This document shows positions 11,070 through 22,696 of a stretch of DNA of 64,000 nt, one piece after another. Below the pieces are notes generated by a model, which saw nothing but the letters and a program-made list of their open reading frames with translations, did not search any database and was not told the origin of the DNA. The position numbers and the translations under genes were made by a program. Position 1 is the stretch's first letter; each line of letters starts with the position of its first letter. This DNA is from Anthoceros angustus (lineage: Eukaryota; Plantae; Anthocerotophyta), in assembly GCA_010909165.1 (NCBI GenBank), contig VJWM01000196.1:345640-409639 (forward strand), given 5' to 3'.

Positions 11070-12460
11070 CAATATGAGCAGATGGAAGAAGTCCTCACTC
11101 TCACTGTGCCAAGCCGTAGAAAGAAGAAGGAAGCTGATGAAGGGGAAACAAAAGGTAATCCAGCCTTGGCTGCACTTTGGGCTGATCCGTCTACACTAAG
11201 CGATGCTGACACATGGAATTTGTGGACTCATGGGGCCGTGGTGCATGGCCGTGCTGGTGTGGGTGTGGTGCTGGTGGCCCCCGGTGTAAGAGAAACCGTG
11301 AAGGAAAGCTATGTGATCCCTTTGGCTACTTACAACGAGGCATATTACAAGGCTTTCCTACACGGTTTAAAATTGGTGTACGACAGGGGAGTGCGCATCG
11401 TGAATGCTTTCTATGCATATGATAGTCAATTTCTTGTCAAGCAGCTGCGGGGAACATACGAGGAGCATGCAAAGAATTTGAGGGCTCTTCACTTATAAGA
11501 TCTGGAATTGATGGAGAGGTTTGAAGTAGTGTTCTTAACACATGTGCCATGATAAAGGAATGAGCTGGCTGACGATCTAGCCAAATTGGCTTTGAAGGAG
11601 GGGCAAACTGCCACCCCAGCAAATTCTCAAGTCGTGTCTCTGAGGATTGTAGCGGAAGTATGTCGGGTTGCTGCTGTGCATCTGGATGAGTATGAAGAGG
11701 AAGCTGGGGCGGATGTATGGAGTGTGAATGTAGCCAGCGTGGTTGTTTGGAAGTGCGAGGATCGACGCAATTGTAAGGTCTCCCCCAAGAACGCAAATTT
11801 GTTCGATATCCAGGACTGTGGTTGCGCATGACCACGAGGAGGGACTGGTGGGACGATCTTCGCAGGTTTAGTGGAAGGAGTCAAGTGTGGAGCAAAGTGG
11901 ATAATGATCAAGAGCCACGACTCAGGAATGTTGTGTGAGGTCTAGAATTTTGCAGTAGGCCAAGCCAATACGATGACAGCCCAGTCTTGATACAAATTAC
12001 AAGGATTGTGGCGAGGATGGATGGACTTGGGTTTCTACACATCAACGAAGCTAGGAATGTTAAGGCACACAAGATAACTTATGCAAGTCTCTGCAGGAAT
12101 GCAAGGAGGAACACGGGCACAATGTTTCGAGTGATGGCTGTAAAACTTGAAAACCCTACAGCCCTGTATCAACAAATTGCAGACTATCTCAACAATGGGG
12201 AAATCTAGGAGATGCTGATCCAGGCATGAATTGGAGGTTATAATCTTGGTCCTAAGGCATACACCATGATAGAAGGGAAGTTGTTCATAATTGTTCTCGA
12301 GAAGGTCCTGCGCTTGTGTGTATGGGGGGAACAGATATCTCATATTCTTTTTGAGATGCATGACTCTCTGTGTGGTGGTCATGTTGATGCGACTTCGACT
12401 GGTCAAAAGATTCTAAGGGCTGGTTTTTACTAGTATGGACAAGAGGCGAATGCTTGGACC
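11070..12460 (+). mobile_element. Tat-like Ty3/gypsy pol fragment: RNase H end, two archaeal-type RNase H-like domains, integrase Zn-binding region
   Basis: KGNPALAALWAD resembles the RH end; aRH1 WNLWTHGA..GVGVV..NEAYYKAFLHGLK..DSQFLVKQLRG..RNELADDLAK; aRH2-like IFAGLVEG..SHDSG..LGFLHINEARNVKAH; integrase MHDSLCGGH..KILRAGFY. Contains stops. Confidence 0.8.
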
Positions 12461-13554
12461 CCCCAGTCGGACACATGGACAGTGATAGAAGGGACAATCT
12501 GGCATGCAGGAGGCCAGGGCCACAAACTTGCCAGAAGCCATTAAAGCCAGGTTGCGCGGTAGTCACGACCCGAGGATAGGCACCTAAGAAGGCGGTGGAG
12601 TCTTTGGAGCCTTGGATGCTGGTGGAGAAGAATATCACCACCAAGCGCTACCCAGACTTCGGGCCGTGGCTAGAGGAAGCAGGCGAGCTTGTGCGGGAGT
12701 GGCACGTGGATTTGTTCCATGCCGTTTCGTCTTACGACAGCGTAACGCTGGTCCGGGCATACGCCCGAAAGCTATTGGTGGCGGCGAACAAGGCCATCCA
12801 CTCTAAGAGCTTGAAGGAGGATCCCAGGCGCTGGACAGTGGAGGCACTTCGGGTGGTATACAATCGCCCCGTGGAGGAGATCAGAGGGGTGGTGCCAGAG
12901 CCGTTGAAGGGGAAGGAGAAGCTGGAGGCTGCTAAGGCAATGCTCTTGAGGACGGAAGCCTAGAGGTCCTCAAATGGGTGGTTGATGTCGGAACTGAAGG
13001 ATCGACGAGTGAGAGCTATAGCCAAAATCATTGTCCACTGGAACATGCTCACGAAAGTAGACCACCTAGGGGACAACCTCCTGGTGTTCCTGCATGCGCT
13101 CATGAGAGAGGAGCGGGGGATAGGGGGCGGATCATTTTCGCCCGAATAGAGCACAAGGCGAGGAAGTTGCGTTAGGAGTGACCTCCTCCGTCAGGATTTT
13201 CCCCCTTCATCATGCATGTCTGAGGGCATCATAACCTCCTTGATAAGGAGAGTGAGAAGGAACGCGCGCTCCGCCAGGGCCTAACTCACCTGCTGATTGC
13301 AGGAAGAGAGGAGGAGGAACATGGCACCAACAACAAGCCCGTAGCGGTGCTTCCGGATTCCATCCGACTGGAACCGACCTCCTCACTACCGAGGGAAATT
13401 TGGGAAGAAATTCCCTCTTCCCTATTGGCCGGGGCACGGAGGCGGGCAGAGCGGAGAGTCGCGCCTGAGGGCAGCTGAGACGAAGATTCCAACCCGGTCG
13501 CTAGCGATCACCGGACTCGGACGGAGGGCCGAAAGAAAAAGGCGGTGGTGGTAG

Positions 13555-13740
13555 CACTATAAGAATCGCAGGTGTTATACAACGCATTTTACAACGTAAT
13601 TTACAACCTCACGTTGTAAAAACGGGCATTTACACGTTTATAAACTGACAGCTTAACTAGGTTGTAAAATTGCTGACGTGGCAGGCAAGATTGCCACGTC
13701 ATCAAGTTGTTGACGTGGCGCCACCGATCACAAGCCGCGG
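13555..13740 (+). mobile_element. CACTA left terminus (family 2), copy 1
   Basis: Begins CACTATAAGAATCGCAG followed by dense subterminal TTACAAC/GTTGTAA and ACGTGG/CCACGT repeats. No matching right TIR found in the window. Confidence 0.6.
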
Positions 13741-14609
13741 GTTTGGTGGGGCACCAGATTCACTCCCATTGAATAAAGAGTGGGCGAGAGTTGGCGGTCC
13801 GCCGGGCGGAGCGGACGGCAAGGGGCGGGCGGACACGGTACCAGCACCCCATGGTGCTTTCTCCACTAGGAGGAAAACAAGCCGCTCCTGCACCCTTCAC
13901 CCCACTGGACCCCAATTGGCGAAGGGCAAAGAAGGAGTTGGCCGCCAAGATAGCTAAGGAGGTAGAGGACCGACATCGGACAGCCAAGACATGGGGCCTC
14001 TCAGGCCTGAAGCTCGACCAGCTCGAAGAATTCATAGGCCTGCCCTTGTGGGCCGAAGATTCCACCTCCGGAGGAGGCGGAGGGAGCTCAGCAGTGCAGA
14101 AGGAGCTTGCCAAGTGTTGGCGGCGGTGGCTGATGGGATGGCTTGGGGCCTCTACTGCGCCATCGAGAAGACCCAAGAGGTGGAGGCCATGCGACGACGG
14201 ATGGTGGAGCTATAAGGGCAGGTGGAAGCGGCCCAAGCCACCAGGAAGAAGGCAGAGGATTGAGGAGGAGAAGCGCCGATCGGTGAGGATTGAGGAGGAG
14301 AAGCGCCGATCGACGAGGATTGGGGAGGAGAAGTGCCGATCGGTAGAGTGGGACTCCAGGTCCGCTCTTTAGGACCGAGCTAAGCTCCTGCAACTGTGCG
14401 AACAAGTGAGGTAGGCATAGGAGGCCCAAGGTCAAGTAGAGGCCCTGAGCCAGGAATTACGCAGGGCGCAACAAGCGGTGGAGAAGGGGCGGGCGACGGA
14501 GGAGGAGGCGGAGGAGGCCGAGTCGCCCGGTGAGGGCACAGGCGAAGATTCCAACCCGTCGCCCCAGTCACCGGACTCGGACGGAGGCCGAAAGAAAAGG
14601 CGGTGGTAG

Positions 14610-14770
14610 CACTATAAGAATCGCAGTGTTATACAACGCATTTTACAACGTAATTTACAACCTCACGTTGTAAGCAGGCATTTTACACGTTTATAAGGCT
14701 TAACTAGGTTGTAAAATTGCTGACGTGGCAGGCAAGATTGCCACGTCATCAAGTTGTTGACGTGGCCGCC
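14610..14770 (+). mobile_element. CACTA left terminus (family 2), duplicated copy
   Basis: Same CACTATAAGAATCGCAG start and same upstream flank (GAAAGAAAAGGCGGTGGTAG) as 13555, so it was duplicated together with its flank. Confidence 0.6.
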
Positions 14771-16804
14771 ACCAGTACCGGTGCCGCGGGTTTGGTGGCT
14801 ATAGGCACCGGTACCACTCCCATTGAATAAAGAGTGGGCAGAGGCAGAGTTGGCGGTCCGCCGGGCGGAGCGGGACGCAGCCCAAGGGGCGGGCGGACAC
14901 TGGTACCAGCCGCACCCCGAGCTGGTGCTTTCTCCCACTAGGAGGGGAAAACAAGCCAGCTCCCAGACCCCTTCACCCCCACTGGACCCCAATTGGCGAA
15001 GGGCAAAGAAGGAGTTGGCCGCCAAGATAGCCAAGGAGGTAGAGGACCGACATCGGACAGCCAAGACATGGGGCCCCTGCTGGAAGCCGAAGGGCCTACG
15101 CCGAACCAGCTCCGAAGGACGGTATGGCATACCCTTGTGGGCCGAAAGATTCCACCTCCGGAGGAGTGCTTTGAGGGGAGCTCGCTAGCAGCGGCAGTTG
15201 AAGGAGCTTGCCAAGTGTTGGCGGCGGTGGCTGATGGGATGGCTTGGGGCCTCTACTGCGCCATCGAGAAGACCCAAGAGGTGGAGGCCATGCGGCGGCG
15301 GATGGTGGAGCTATAAGGGGCGGTGGGCGGCCCAAGCCACGAGGAAGAAGGAGGATTGAGGAGGAGGCCGTCGGTGAGGATTGAGGAGGAGGCGCCCGAT
15401 CGGCGAGGATTGGGGAGGAGAAGTGCCGATCGGTAGAGTGGGACTCGGTCCGCTCTTTAGGACCGAGCTAAGCTCACCTGCAATGCGAACAAGTGAGGTA
15501 GGCATAGGAGGCCCAAGGTCAAGTAGAGGCCCCGAGAATTACGCAGGCGCAAAGTGGAGAAGGGCGGTGGAGGAGGTCAAAGCGGGCATCGAGGAGGCCC
15601 GGAAGGCTGAGGCCATTTACTGTGAGGAGCAGGAGGTTTTGGAAGCCCAGCTCGGGGCCGGAAGGACAGGAGGAAAAGAACCAAGGCGGGCGGACACGGT
15701 ACCAGCCGCACCCAGCTGGTGCTTTCTCCCACTAGGAGGAAAACAAGCCAGCTCCCGGACCTTCACTTTGGACCCCAATTGGCGAAGGGCAAAGAAGGAG
15801 TTGGCCGCCAAGATAGCCAAGGAGGTAGAGGACCAGGCATCGGACGAAGACATGGGGCCCCTGGAAGCCGAAGGGCCTCTACCGAACCGACTCCGAAGGA
15901 CGGTGTGGCATACCCTTGTGGGCGAAGATTCCACCTCCGGAGGAGTGCTTTGAGGGAGCTCGCTAGCGCAGTTGTAAGGAGCTTGCCAAGTGGGCGGGCG
16001 GTGGGCGATGGGATGGCTTGGGGCCTCTGCCATCGAGAAGACCCAAGAGGTGGAGGCCATGCGGCGGCGGATGGTGGAGCTATAAGGGGCGGTGGGCGGC
16101 CCAAGCCACGAGGAAGAAGGAGGATTGAGGAGGAGGCCGTCGGTGAGGATTGAGGAGGAGGCGCCCGATCGGCGAGGATTGGGGAGGAGAAGTGCCGATC
16201 GGTAGAGTGGGACTCGGTCCGCTCTTTAGGACCGAGCTAAGCTCCTGCAACTGTGCGAACAAGTGAGGTAGGCATAGGAGGCCCAAGGTCAAGTAGAGGC
16301 CCCGAGAATTACGCAGGCGCAAAGTGGAGAAGGGCGGTGGAGGAGGTCAAAGCGGGCATCAGAGGAGGCCCGGGAAGCTGCGGAGGCCATTTACCAGGAG
16401 GAACAGGAGGCCTTGGAAGCCCAGCTCAGGGCCGGGAAGGACAGGGAGGAAAAGAACCAAGTGACCGAGAGTACTACAGCGAGACCAGGCGGGGCCGAGG
16501 CGAAGAAGCCGAGTAGTAAAGCCTGCAGGAGCTGAGTTGGAGGTCCACGGCACACATGGGGACCGGGTGTCCTTGGAGGAAGTCCGGGAGGCCCATCGGG
16601 ACGAGATGCTAAAAAGGCTTGTGGAGCTGGCAGGATCTCCAGAGTAAGAACTAGGAGACGGAGGGAGCCCAGCAGGCAGCGCTAGAGGAGAAGGGAACAT
16701 TGTCCCTGCGGCTTCAAACGACGGAGTAGAGGAACGGAATCTTGCAGGGCAGGTATGATGACCTGGAATGGGAGATAGACCGCCTCTAGCTGAATCTTCG
16801 AGCA

Positions 16805-17356
16805 ATGGAGACCCGGAACAAAGGAAAGCAGCTGGACATTGACCAGCTGACCAAGGATCTTGAAGAGACTAGCCGGTTAGTGAAGGTGCCGGAGCAACTC
16901 CAAGAGCAGGTGGACCACCTGAGCGAAGAAGTGGAGGATCGACGCAAGAAGCAGGGGGAGGAGCGCAAGCTGATAGTTCGACTACGCCTAGCGAAGGGTT
17001 GGGTTCGCCTTTTTACGAAGCAGCTGGAGGACCTTGGGGCGGAGCAGGAGAAGGAGCGAGCCAATGAGAAGCAAAGACTCCAAAAGCTCACAGAGGCTTC
17101 CCTCACTACTTCTCGAGATGGCGCACGGGCTAGGTTGGAGGGCCTTGGAGAGGAAACGATGCAGCGGGCAGAGGACCATGCCCGCTTGCCGGAGCTCCAG
17201 TGGCGTAGGGAGTACCGAGTACTACGGGCCTATGTGGAGGAGGCCATTCAGCAGATCAACTTGGACTTTCCCTATTACCACACGGAGCTCCTGAAGGCGG
17301 TGAGCGTGGTGCATGGCCGTAGACTCGACGGAGGAGTTGGAGGAGCCCACGGGTGA
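16805..17356 (+). CDS. Predicted coiled-coil protein (183 aa), probably a TE accessory ORF
   Basis: ATG-initiated, E/K/R/Q/L-rich heptad-like sequence (LTKDLEETSRLVKVPEQLQEQVDHLSEEVEDRRKK). It lies in a TE nest downstream of the triplicated GC-rich frames; no family recognised. Confidence 0.35.
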   Translation: METRNKGKQLDIDQLTKDLEETSRLVKVPEQLQEQVDHLSEEVEDRRKKQGEERKLIVRLRLAKGWVRLFTKQLEDLGAEQEKERANEKQRLQKLTEASLTTSRDGARARLEGLGEETMQRAEDHARLPELQWRREYRVLRAYVEEAIQQINLDFPYYHTELLKAVSVVHGRRLDGGVGGAHG

Positions 17357-17719
17357 GGAAGGGCTAGAGGAAACCGCAGCCCTAGGGAACCTTGGTGCCT
17401 TGTTTGGAGATGGAAGCAGTGGCGAGGCCAAGCCGTCGAAGGAGGAGCGGCGTACGGAGGGACGGGACGGACCAAGCATGATAGCTCCGACTGACAATGA
17501 GGTATGCTCCCCGGACCTCGTGCTTGATCTGGGGGGCCCAGAAGGGGATAGTCCGACGAGGAGGGAAGAGCCGGAGTCAGGGGAAGGACCCACTGCCGGG
17601 GTGGGTGAGGTCTGCTTTTTGCCGTGAGTCTCCTACCTACCCTAAAACATATGGACCGAAAACCTTCAGCCGCCTACCAACCCTAAAATGCTTCGCCAAA
17701 TTTTCAGCTGATGTGTAAC

Positions 17720-18972
17720 CAGACTATGATGTGAAGTTAGGGAAGGCGATGGAAGAATGGCGGGGTCTCATGTACATGTACAGCTGCAAGGTGAGGCGAA
17801 CACCCATTCCATGCTGTGATTTTCTGCCTCAAAATTAAATTTGATGCGTAACTAGACTGTGATGTGACGTTAGAGAAGGCGATGCTAGTAGGGCAGGGTC
17901 TTGGGTGAATAGGGAGTGACAAGGCCGGTGCACAATAGGAGGGACGTATTTGGAGGGCGGATCCGGTCTTTGTACGAGAAGGCAGTGTCTTGTTACTAGC
18001 AAGTAATGCATGTTAAGTGTGGACAGTGAAAACAACGCAAGGGAGTGGAAGAGGCGGGTAGCAGAGGGAGGACAGGAGTGGAGCAGCCAATAGCAGCCAT
18101 GGTCGAGGCAGGGGCAAAAAGGCGCGTAATGGGCATGAGGCAATTGTCTAGGGGGAGAGAGAAGGAGGTCCGAGGACTAGGGGGGGAACATTTAGGTGCG
18201 TTAAAAGTGAGCCAAGGGAAGTCGACAGTTCGTGGCCATTGGGGGGACACGTAATGGCAGTGACGCAGAGGAGAACATGGAGGCAGAAGAGGAGGCACTT
18301 GATGAAATTCAAGGTGTGCCTTTTTAGGAGGCACTGGATAGAGAAAAATAGGCTGTTGTGCTAGAAATTTGGGGCATAAAGATGCGTCGAGATTTGCACA
18401 AATGGTAAATACAAAGTACCATATAATGAACATGTACAGACCAACATACGTACGTAACTCGTATGGCATATATATTTATTACATACAAAATATAATATGA
18501 ACATATATCATTGAAAATACGATACCGTATATGTCACCGTAAATGATACACATATAGTACAAAGAACATATTGATACGGGCATTTATGTGTGGTAGTATT
18601 ATGGGCGTATTAGTAGTAACGACTATGTAAACTTGGTATTCCATAGGGCAAAAGTAAAAAGAGAATGGTAGATGGGGAGAAGGTTCGGTACCAAGCCTAG
18701 AAAAGTGTTACAAGACCTCTCTTGTAACACTTTAGATGTTGCAATCATGTTGCAATCTGGAGAGAGGGCAAAAGCACCTCTCACTTCATCTTAACATAAT
18801 TGCAACACCATTGCAACATGATTGCAACAAAAGCTGTGGTCTGGTTTCCAAGCCAAATTGTAACAAGGGGCCCAAAAAGTGTTACATGGCCTCAAAACTG
18901 CAACATGAGTGTTTCATCCAGGGGTCCAAATCTTAACATAAAGTGCAACATAGGGTGCCCTTTCTAGTAGGG
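17720..18972 (+). mobile_element. Right-end fragment of the CCCTA-type CACTA family
   Basis: ~18650-18972 closely matches 62110-62424 (subterminal TGCAAC/GTTACA repeats) and ends TAGGGTGCCCTTTCTAGTAGGG. No left end present; the left boundary is approximate. Confidence 0.85.
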
Positions 18973-18994
18973 TTACACTACCACGAGGGTTGGT

Positions 18995-19760
18995 TGAAGT
19001 CGAGGATGTGCCAGCATTATCAGGAGAATTGGTAGGGAATTTTCTGTATCATCATGTGATCACTAGGTTTGGCTGTCTAGTAGAAATAGTGTCAGATCAT
19101 GGTTGAGAGTTTGTCAATAAGGTGGTTGAGAAGGTCATGTCCATGTTCTCCATCAAGCATATGCTGACCACGGCCTATCATCCCATGGCTAATGGTCAAG
19201 CTGAAACCTTGAACAAGGTAGCCATCAAGGTGTTGTCTAAACTTTGCCAGGATGAGCCACGACGCTGGGATCGACATTTGTATGGCGCCCTCTGGGCCAT
19301 ACGGACTCGCATCAAAGTAGCTGTAGAAGTTTCTCCTTTCGAGTAAGTTTATGGAGTACTTGCTAGGGTACCCTCTCACGTCACTGCAGCAACAAGGGGA
19401 TTCGGCATTCTGGAAGCCATGTCTATGGGAAAAGATGCAAGGATGGTACAGTCACATGAATTGGATGAAGTCAGGAGAGCAGCCTACCTCATCATTGAAG
19501 AAGGGAAACTCAAGCAAAAAGAAAGGTATGATGAGTACAGGAAGGAATTCAGCTTTTCTGTGGGGGAGTGGGTCCTCAGGCTAAATGTCCGTAGGTACCT
19601 CAAAAAAGAGTCAGGGCCGAAGCTTAAGCCACGTTGGGAAGGGCCATGGTTTGTCAAAAAGATCCATGAGAATGATCAGTAGATGTGGTAAAACCGTCTG
19701 ACATGGAAACTACAGAGATGGTAAGTAGGTCCCACCTCAAGAAATTCTATTGCTGATGAT
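18995..19760 (+). mobile_element. Ty3/gypsy integrase core and C-terminal GPY/F module
   Basis: ITRFGCLVEIVSDHG*EFVNK..TTAYHPMANGQAETLNK..WDRHLYGALWAIRT..SPFE..KLKPRWEGPWFV. Likely the continuation of the 11070-12460 fragment. Confidence 0.88.
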
Positions 19761-21658
19761 ATTGCTATGAGTAGCTGTTGGTCATGGTTAGAGTGCTCCT
19801 GTGCCATGATTTAAGGCATCTAACCTAAACCAACATGCTATTTTGGGTAGGATTAGGTTTTAGATAAGGTATGTTCTGTGAATGGCTGAGAATGTAGTTG
19901 CTGATGGCCCTGAACAAGCAGCTAATGATGGCCAGTAGAGCTACTTAAGATTGACACAGTTGTTTAGGAGGTGTGTACTTCATGCTATGGGACTCTTCTT
20001 CAATCGACTCCAGTGTAGGGTCCAAGGCAGGTGAGTCTTGGGCAGCAAAATCATGATTGAAGCTCCCCATGGTTGGTAGGTCTTTTCTCATGAAACACCG
20101 ACCCGTCCATCCTGCAAGCTTCCACTCCTACACAGACCTGATGCAACCATAAGTGCATTCGGAGATCTTTCCAACATTTGTGACGTCGCTGGGTCCAAGT
20201 ATAAGCATTAGACCTATCCATCAGACTCAAGTCAAGGCGGTTCATTTCAAAACCTTCTATCAAGCACCATTCATGGTGTCTATTACAGTATGACAGAAAC
20301 AATGTGACCTCCTTCCTGCTACAAGGCCTCTGCAGCAGCTGAGGGTCATAAGTAGGCAAGAAGGAATCCATGCCTAAGACTCGATGATCTAGTTTGCTGG
20401 ACTGATGTGGGGATTCATAGCAAAGTTGAAAAATAGGGCTAAGGGTGAAGGAGGGCCTTAATCTTGGTCCTCGAACTAAGAGTAGGAAGACGCAAGACCT
20501 TCCCTAGTGTATCTGAGCTGTGTGAACGATACACTACAAATTGTGGTGTGCAAATTGTGTGTGCGTGGAGTGCGAATGAAGGGGGCACGGAATTGTGTGA
20601 GTGTGACTACATCCTTGTCTTTCTTAGTAGGGGAGCGAACCCAGGCGCCAACCAGGGGGAGCCAATGTGCGAGGATAGGAATGAAACAAGGAAGATGATT
20701 TATGCGGTGTGAATGAAGCTTTCTATTTGAGAGCAAGAGGACTTTGCAACAACATTTCTTAGGGGCCAGTGGTGCCTAGGATCCTAATAGGTGCTATAAG
20801 TTTGAAGTAGGGCCAATTTTAGCAAGGGACTTCCGCTACAAGTAGGGGTCAGTATGGAAAGGGCATTCGGCAATGGACCGAGCTGTGCCCCCTTGTTCAC
20901 TGTGAGGCTTCTAAGCTCTCATGCCTTGGCCCTACCAGCATTCTAGAAAGGTAGTTCCCCATACATCTGTGTCGTGTGATTTGTGATCCTCTCGAGGCTG
21001 AATTGTTGACAGCCAGTTGTGCTTGAAGTTCCACTTATGTGTGTGTGTACGAAGCAAGGCTTGGTGAGCATGAGAACTAAGCCCATCAGCTCTAGACACC
21101 CCCCGGACCACCACAGTGATATGGTAACAATAAATCATTGTGGCCTCATAACCGGACCAACCTACCCAATTCTTTCCTAGCACACATAGGAGGTCATTCA
21201 TCAGCTGGATGTCATCCAATATGTTAAGTCCTTAGAAGCATCTTTGTATGTGTGAGACAGGCTGCGAGTGAAGGCTAAGAAGGGCCTTTGTGCCCGGGTA
21301 GGCTATCCCCTTCTGACTTCTTTTAACTTTCTATCTTTCTATCTTGTTTCAAGAGTACCTTTACTCAAGCCCATATTACTACTCTTACTACAAGCTCATT
21401 ATGATTGGATTGTCTGGTTTACACTGAACGCCAGGTCTTGTAGCAATATTCTCTGCTCCGACATTCCGTGTCAGAAATTATTTGCTCGTGTGGTCAGCTT
21501 TTGCGTGCCTGGGAGCTGCAACATATGCGGGAGGCTTGTCGCTTACGGCGCATTCCGGTGTTGCCTACGCATCGTGCGCTCCCGGCGTCGTGACGTGAGC
21601 GGAGACGCGGGATCAAGGGTGCGCGGTACGGGCAGAGGAAGCAGAAGCGGGAGCGGGA

Positions 21659-22432
21659 ATGTCGATGGCGGCGCCACAGGCCATGAAGGGAGGCTCCAAT
21701 TTCTTCTTCCGCCAGCTGTTCGAGAAGGAGTCGAGCACCTACAGCTACCTGCTGGCGGACGTGGGGCACCCGGAGCGGCCGGCCGTGCTGCTGGATCCCG
21801 TGGACAGGACGGCGGAGCGGGACGAGAAGCTGATCAAGGAGCTGGAGCTGAAGCTGGTGTACGCCGTGAACACGCATGTGCACGCGGACCATATCACGGG
21901 CAGCGGGCTGCTCAAGAAGGCGTTTCCCGGGGCCAGGTCCATCATCTCGCGGGCAAGCGCGGCCCGCGCGGATATGCAGGTGGAGCACGGCGACAGGGTG
22001 TGCTTCGGGAACCTCTTCCTGGAGGTGAGGGCCACGCCGGGCCACACCGCCGGGTGCGTCACCTACGTCACGGGGGATACCGCGGAGCATCCGCATCCGC
22101 GCTTGGCCTTCACTGGGGACGCGCTGCTGGTGCGGGGATGCGGCAGGACGGATTTTCAAGGAGGCAGCGCCAAGCAGCTCTTCGCGTCCGTGCACTCGCA
22201 GATCCTGTCGTTGCCGCCGGACACGCTGCTCTACCCGGCGCACGACTACAAGGGCTTCACCGTCACAACCGTCGGAGAGGAGTTGCTGCACAACCCGCGC
22301 CTCACCAAGGATGAGGACGCCTTTGTGGAGCTCATGGCCAATCTCAATCTGTCTTACCCCAAGATGATGGATGTTGCTGTCCCGGCTAACCTGGTTTGCG
22401 GCATCCAAGAGGTTGCAACGCCTGCTCTGTGA
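21659..22432 (+). CDS. ETHE1: Persulfide dioxygenase ETHE1 (GLX2-3-like metallo-beta-lactamase fold), intronless, 257 aa
   Basis: [26 protein letters not shown] (HxHxDH), [29 protein letters not shown] and C-terminal PANLVCG are intact. An in-frame TGA at 21596-21598 precludes an N-terminal extension in this exon. Confidence 0.96.
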   Translation: MSMAAPQAMKGGSNFFFRQLFEKESSTYSYLLADVGHPERPAVLLDPVDRTAERDEKLIKELELKLVYAVNTHVHADHITGSGLLKKAFPGARSIISRASAARADMQVEHGDRVCFGNLFLEVRATPGHTAGCVTYVTGDTAEHPHPRLAFTGDALLVRGCGRTDFQGGSAKQLFASVHSQILSLPPDTLLYPAHDYKGFTVTTVGEELLHNPRLTKDEDAFVELMANLNLSYPKMMDVAVPANLVCGIQEVATPAL

Positions 22433-22696
22433 GGGAAACAAGGAAAAGCCCTTCCCTCCGCCTCTCACAAAACCCCTGGCTGGACCAATTGCCAGTGGCA
22501 TGCGCGCATTATGGCCATTATTGGCCCAGCATTGCACTATCTGCTGGTTGAACATGCATTCAGAGCTATGATTTAAGTTTTTCATGGACAGAACTGCCCG
22601 ATTGGGCCACATTCTCTAGGTCAGAGTAGCTATCATGAATTCAAGTTGGCTTATCGTTGTGGTCTACCCCCTACACTTGGTGCAACTCATCAATGG

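Larger units (their letters stand above)
13456..16460. repeat. Imperfect tandem triplication: A ~13456-14519, B ~14520-15684, partial C ~15685-16460
   Basis: Long shared blocks, e.g. GGACCCCAATTGGCGAAGGGCAAAGAAGGAGTTGGCCGCCAAGATAGC at ~13905, ~14985 and ~15770. A-B offset ~1.06 kb, B-C ~0.79 kb; differences are mostly 1-3 bp indels. Confidence 0.92.

Noticed and set aside
13670-16516. Numerous 70-190 aa ORFs on both strands as separate genes
   Set aside because: Redundant frames of the triplicated GC-rich TE segment.
20051-20760. 106-aa minus ORF and putative PPT/LTR of the Tat element
   Set aside because: No partner LTR, TG..CA ends or domain could be established.
21268-22612. Long overlapping ORFs (348 aa +, 372 aa -)
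   Set aside because: Shadow frames of the GC-rich ETHE1 CDS.
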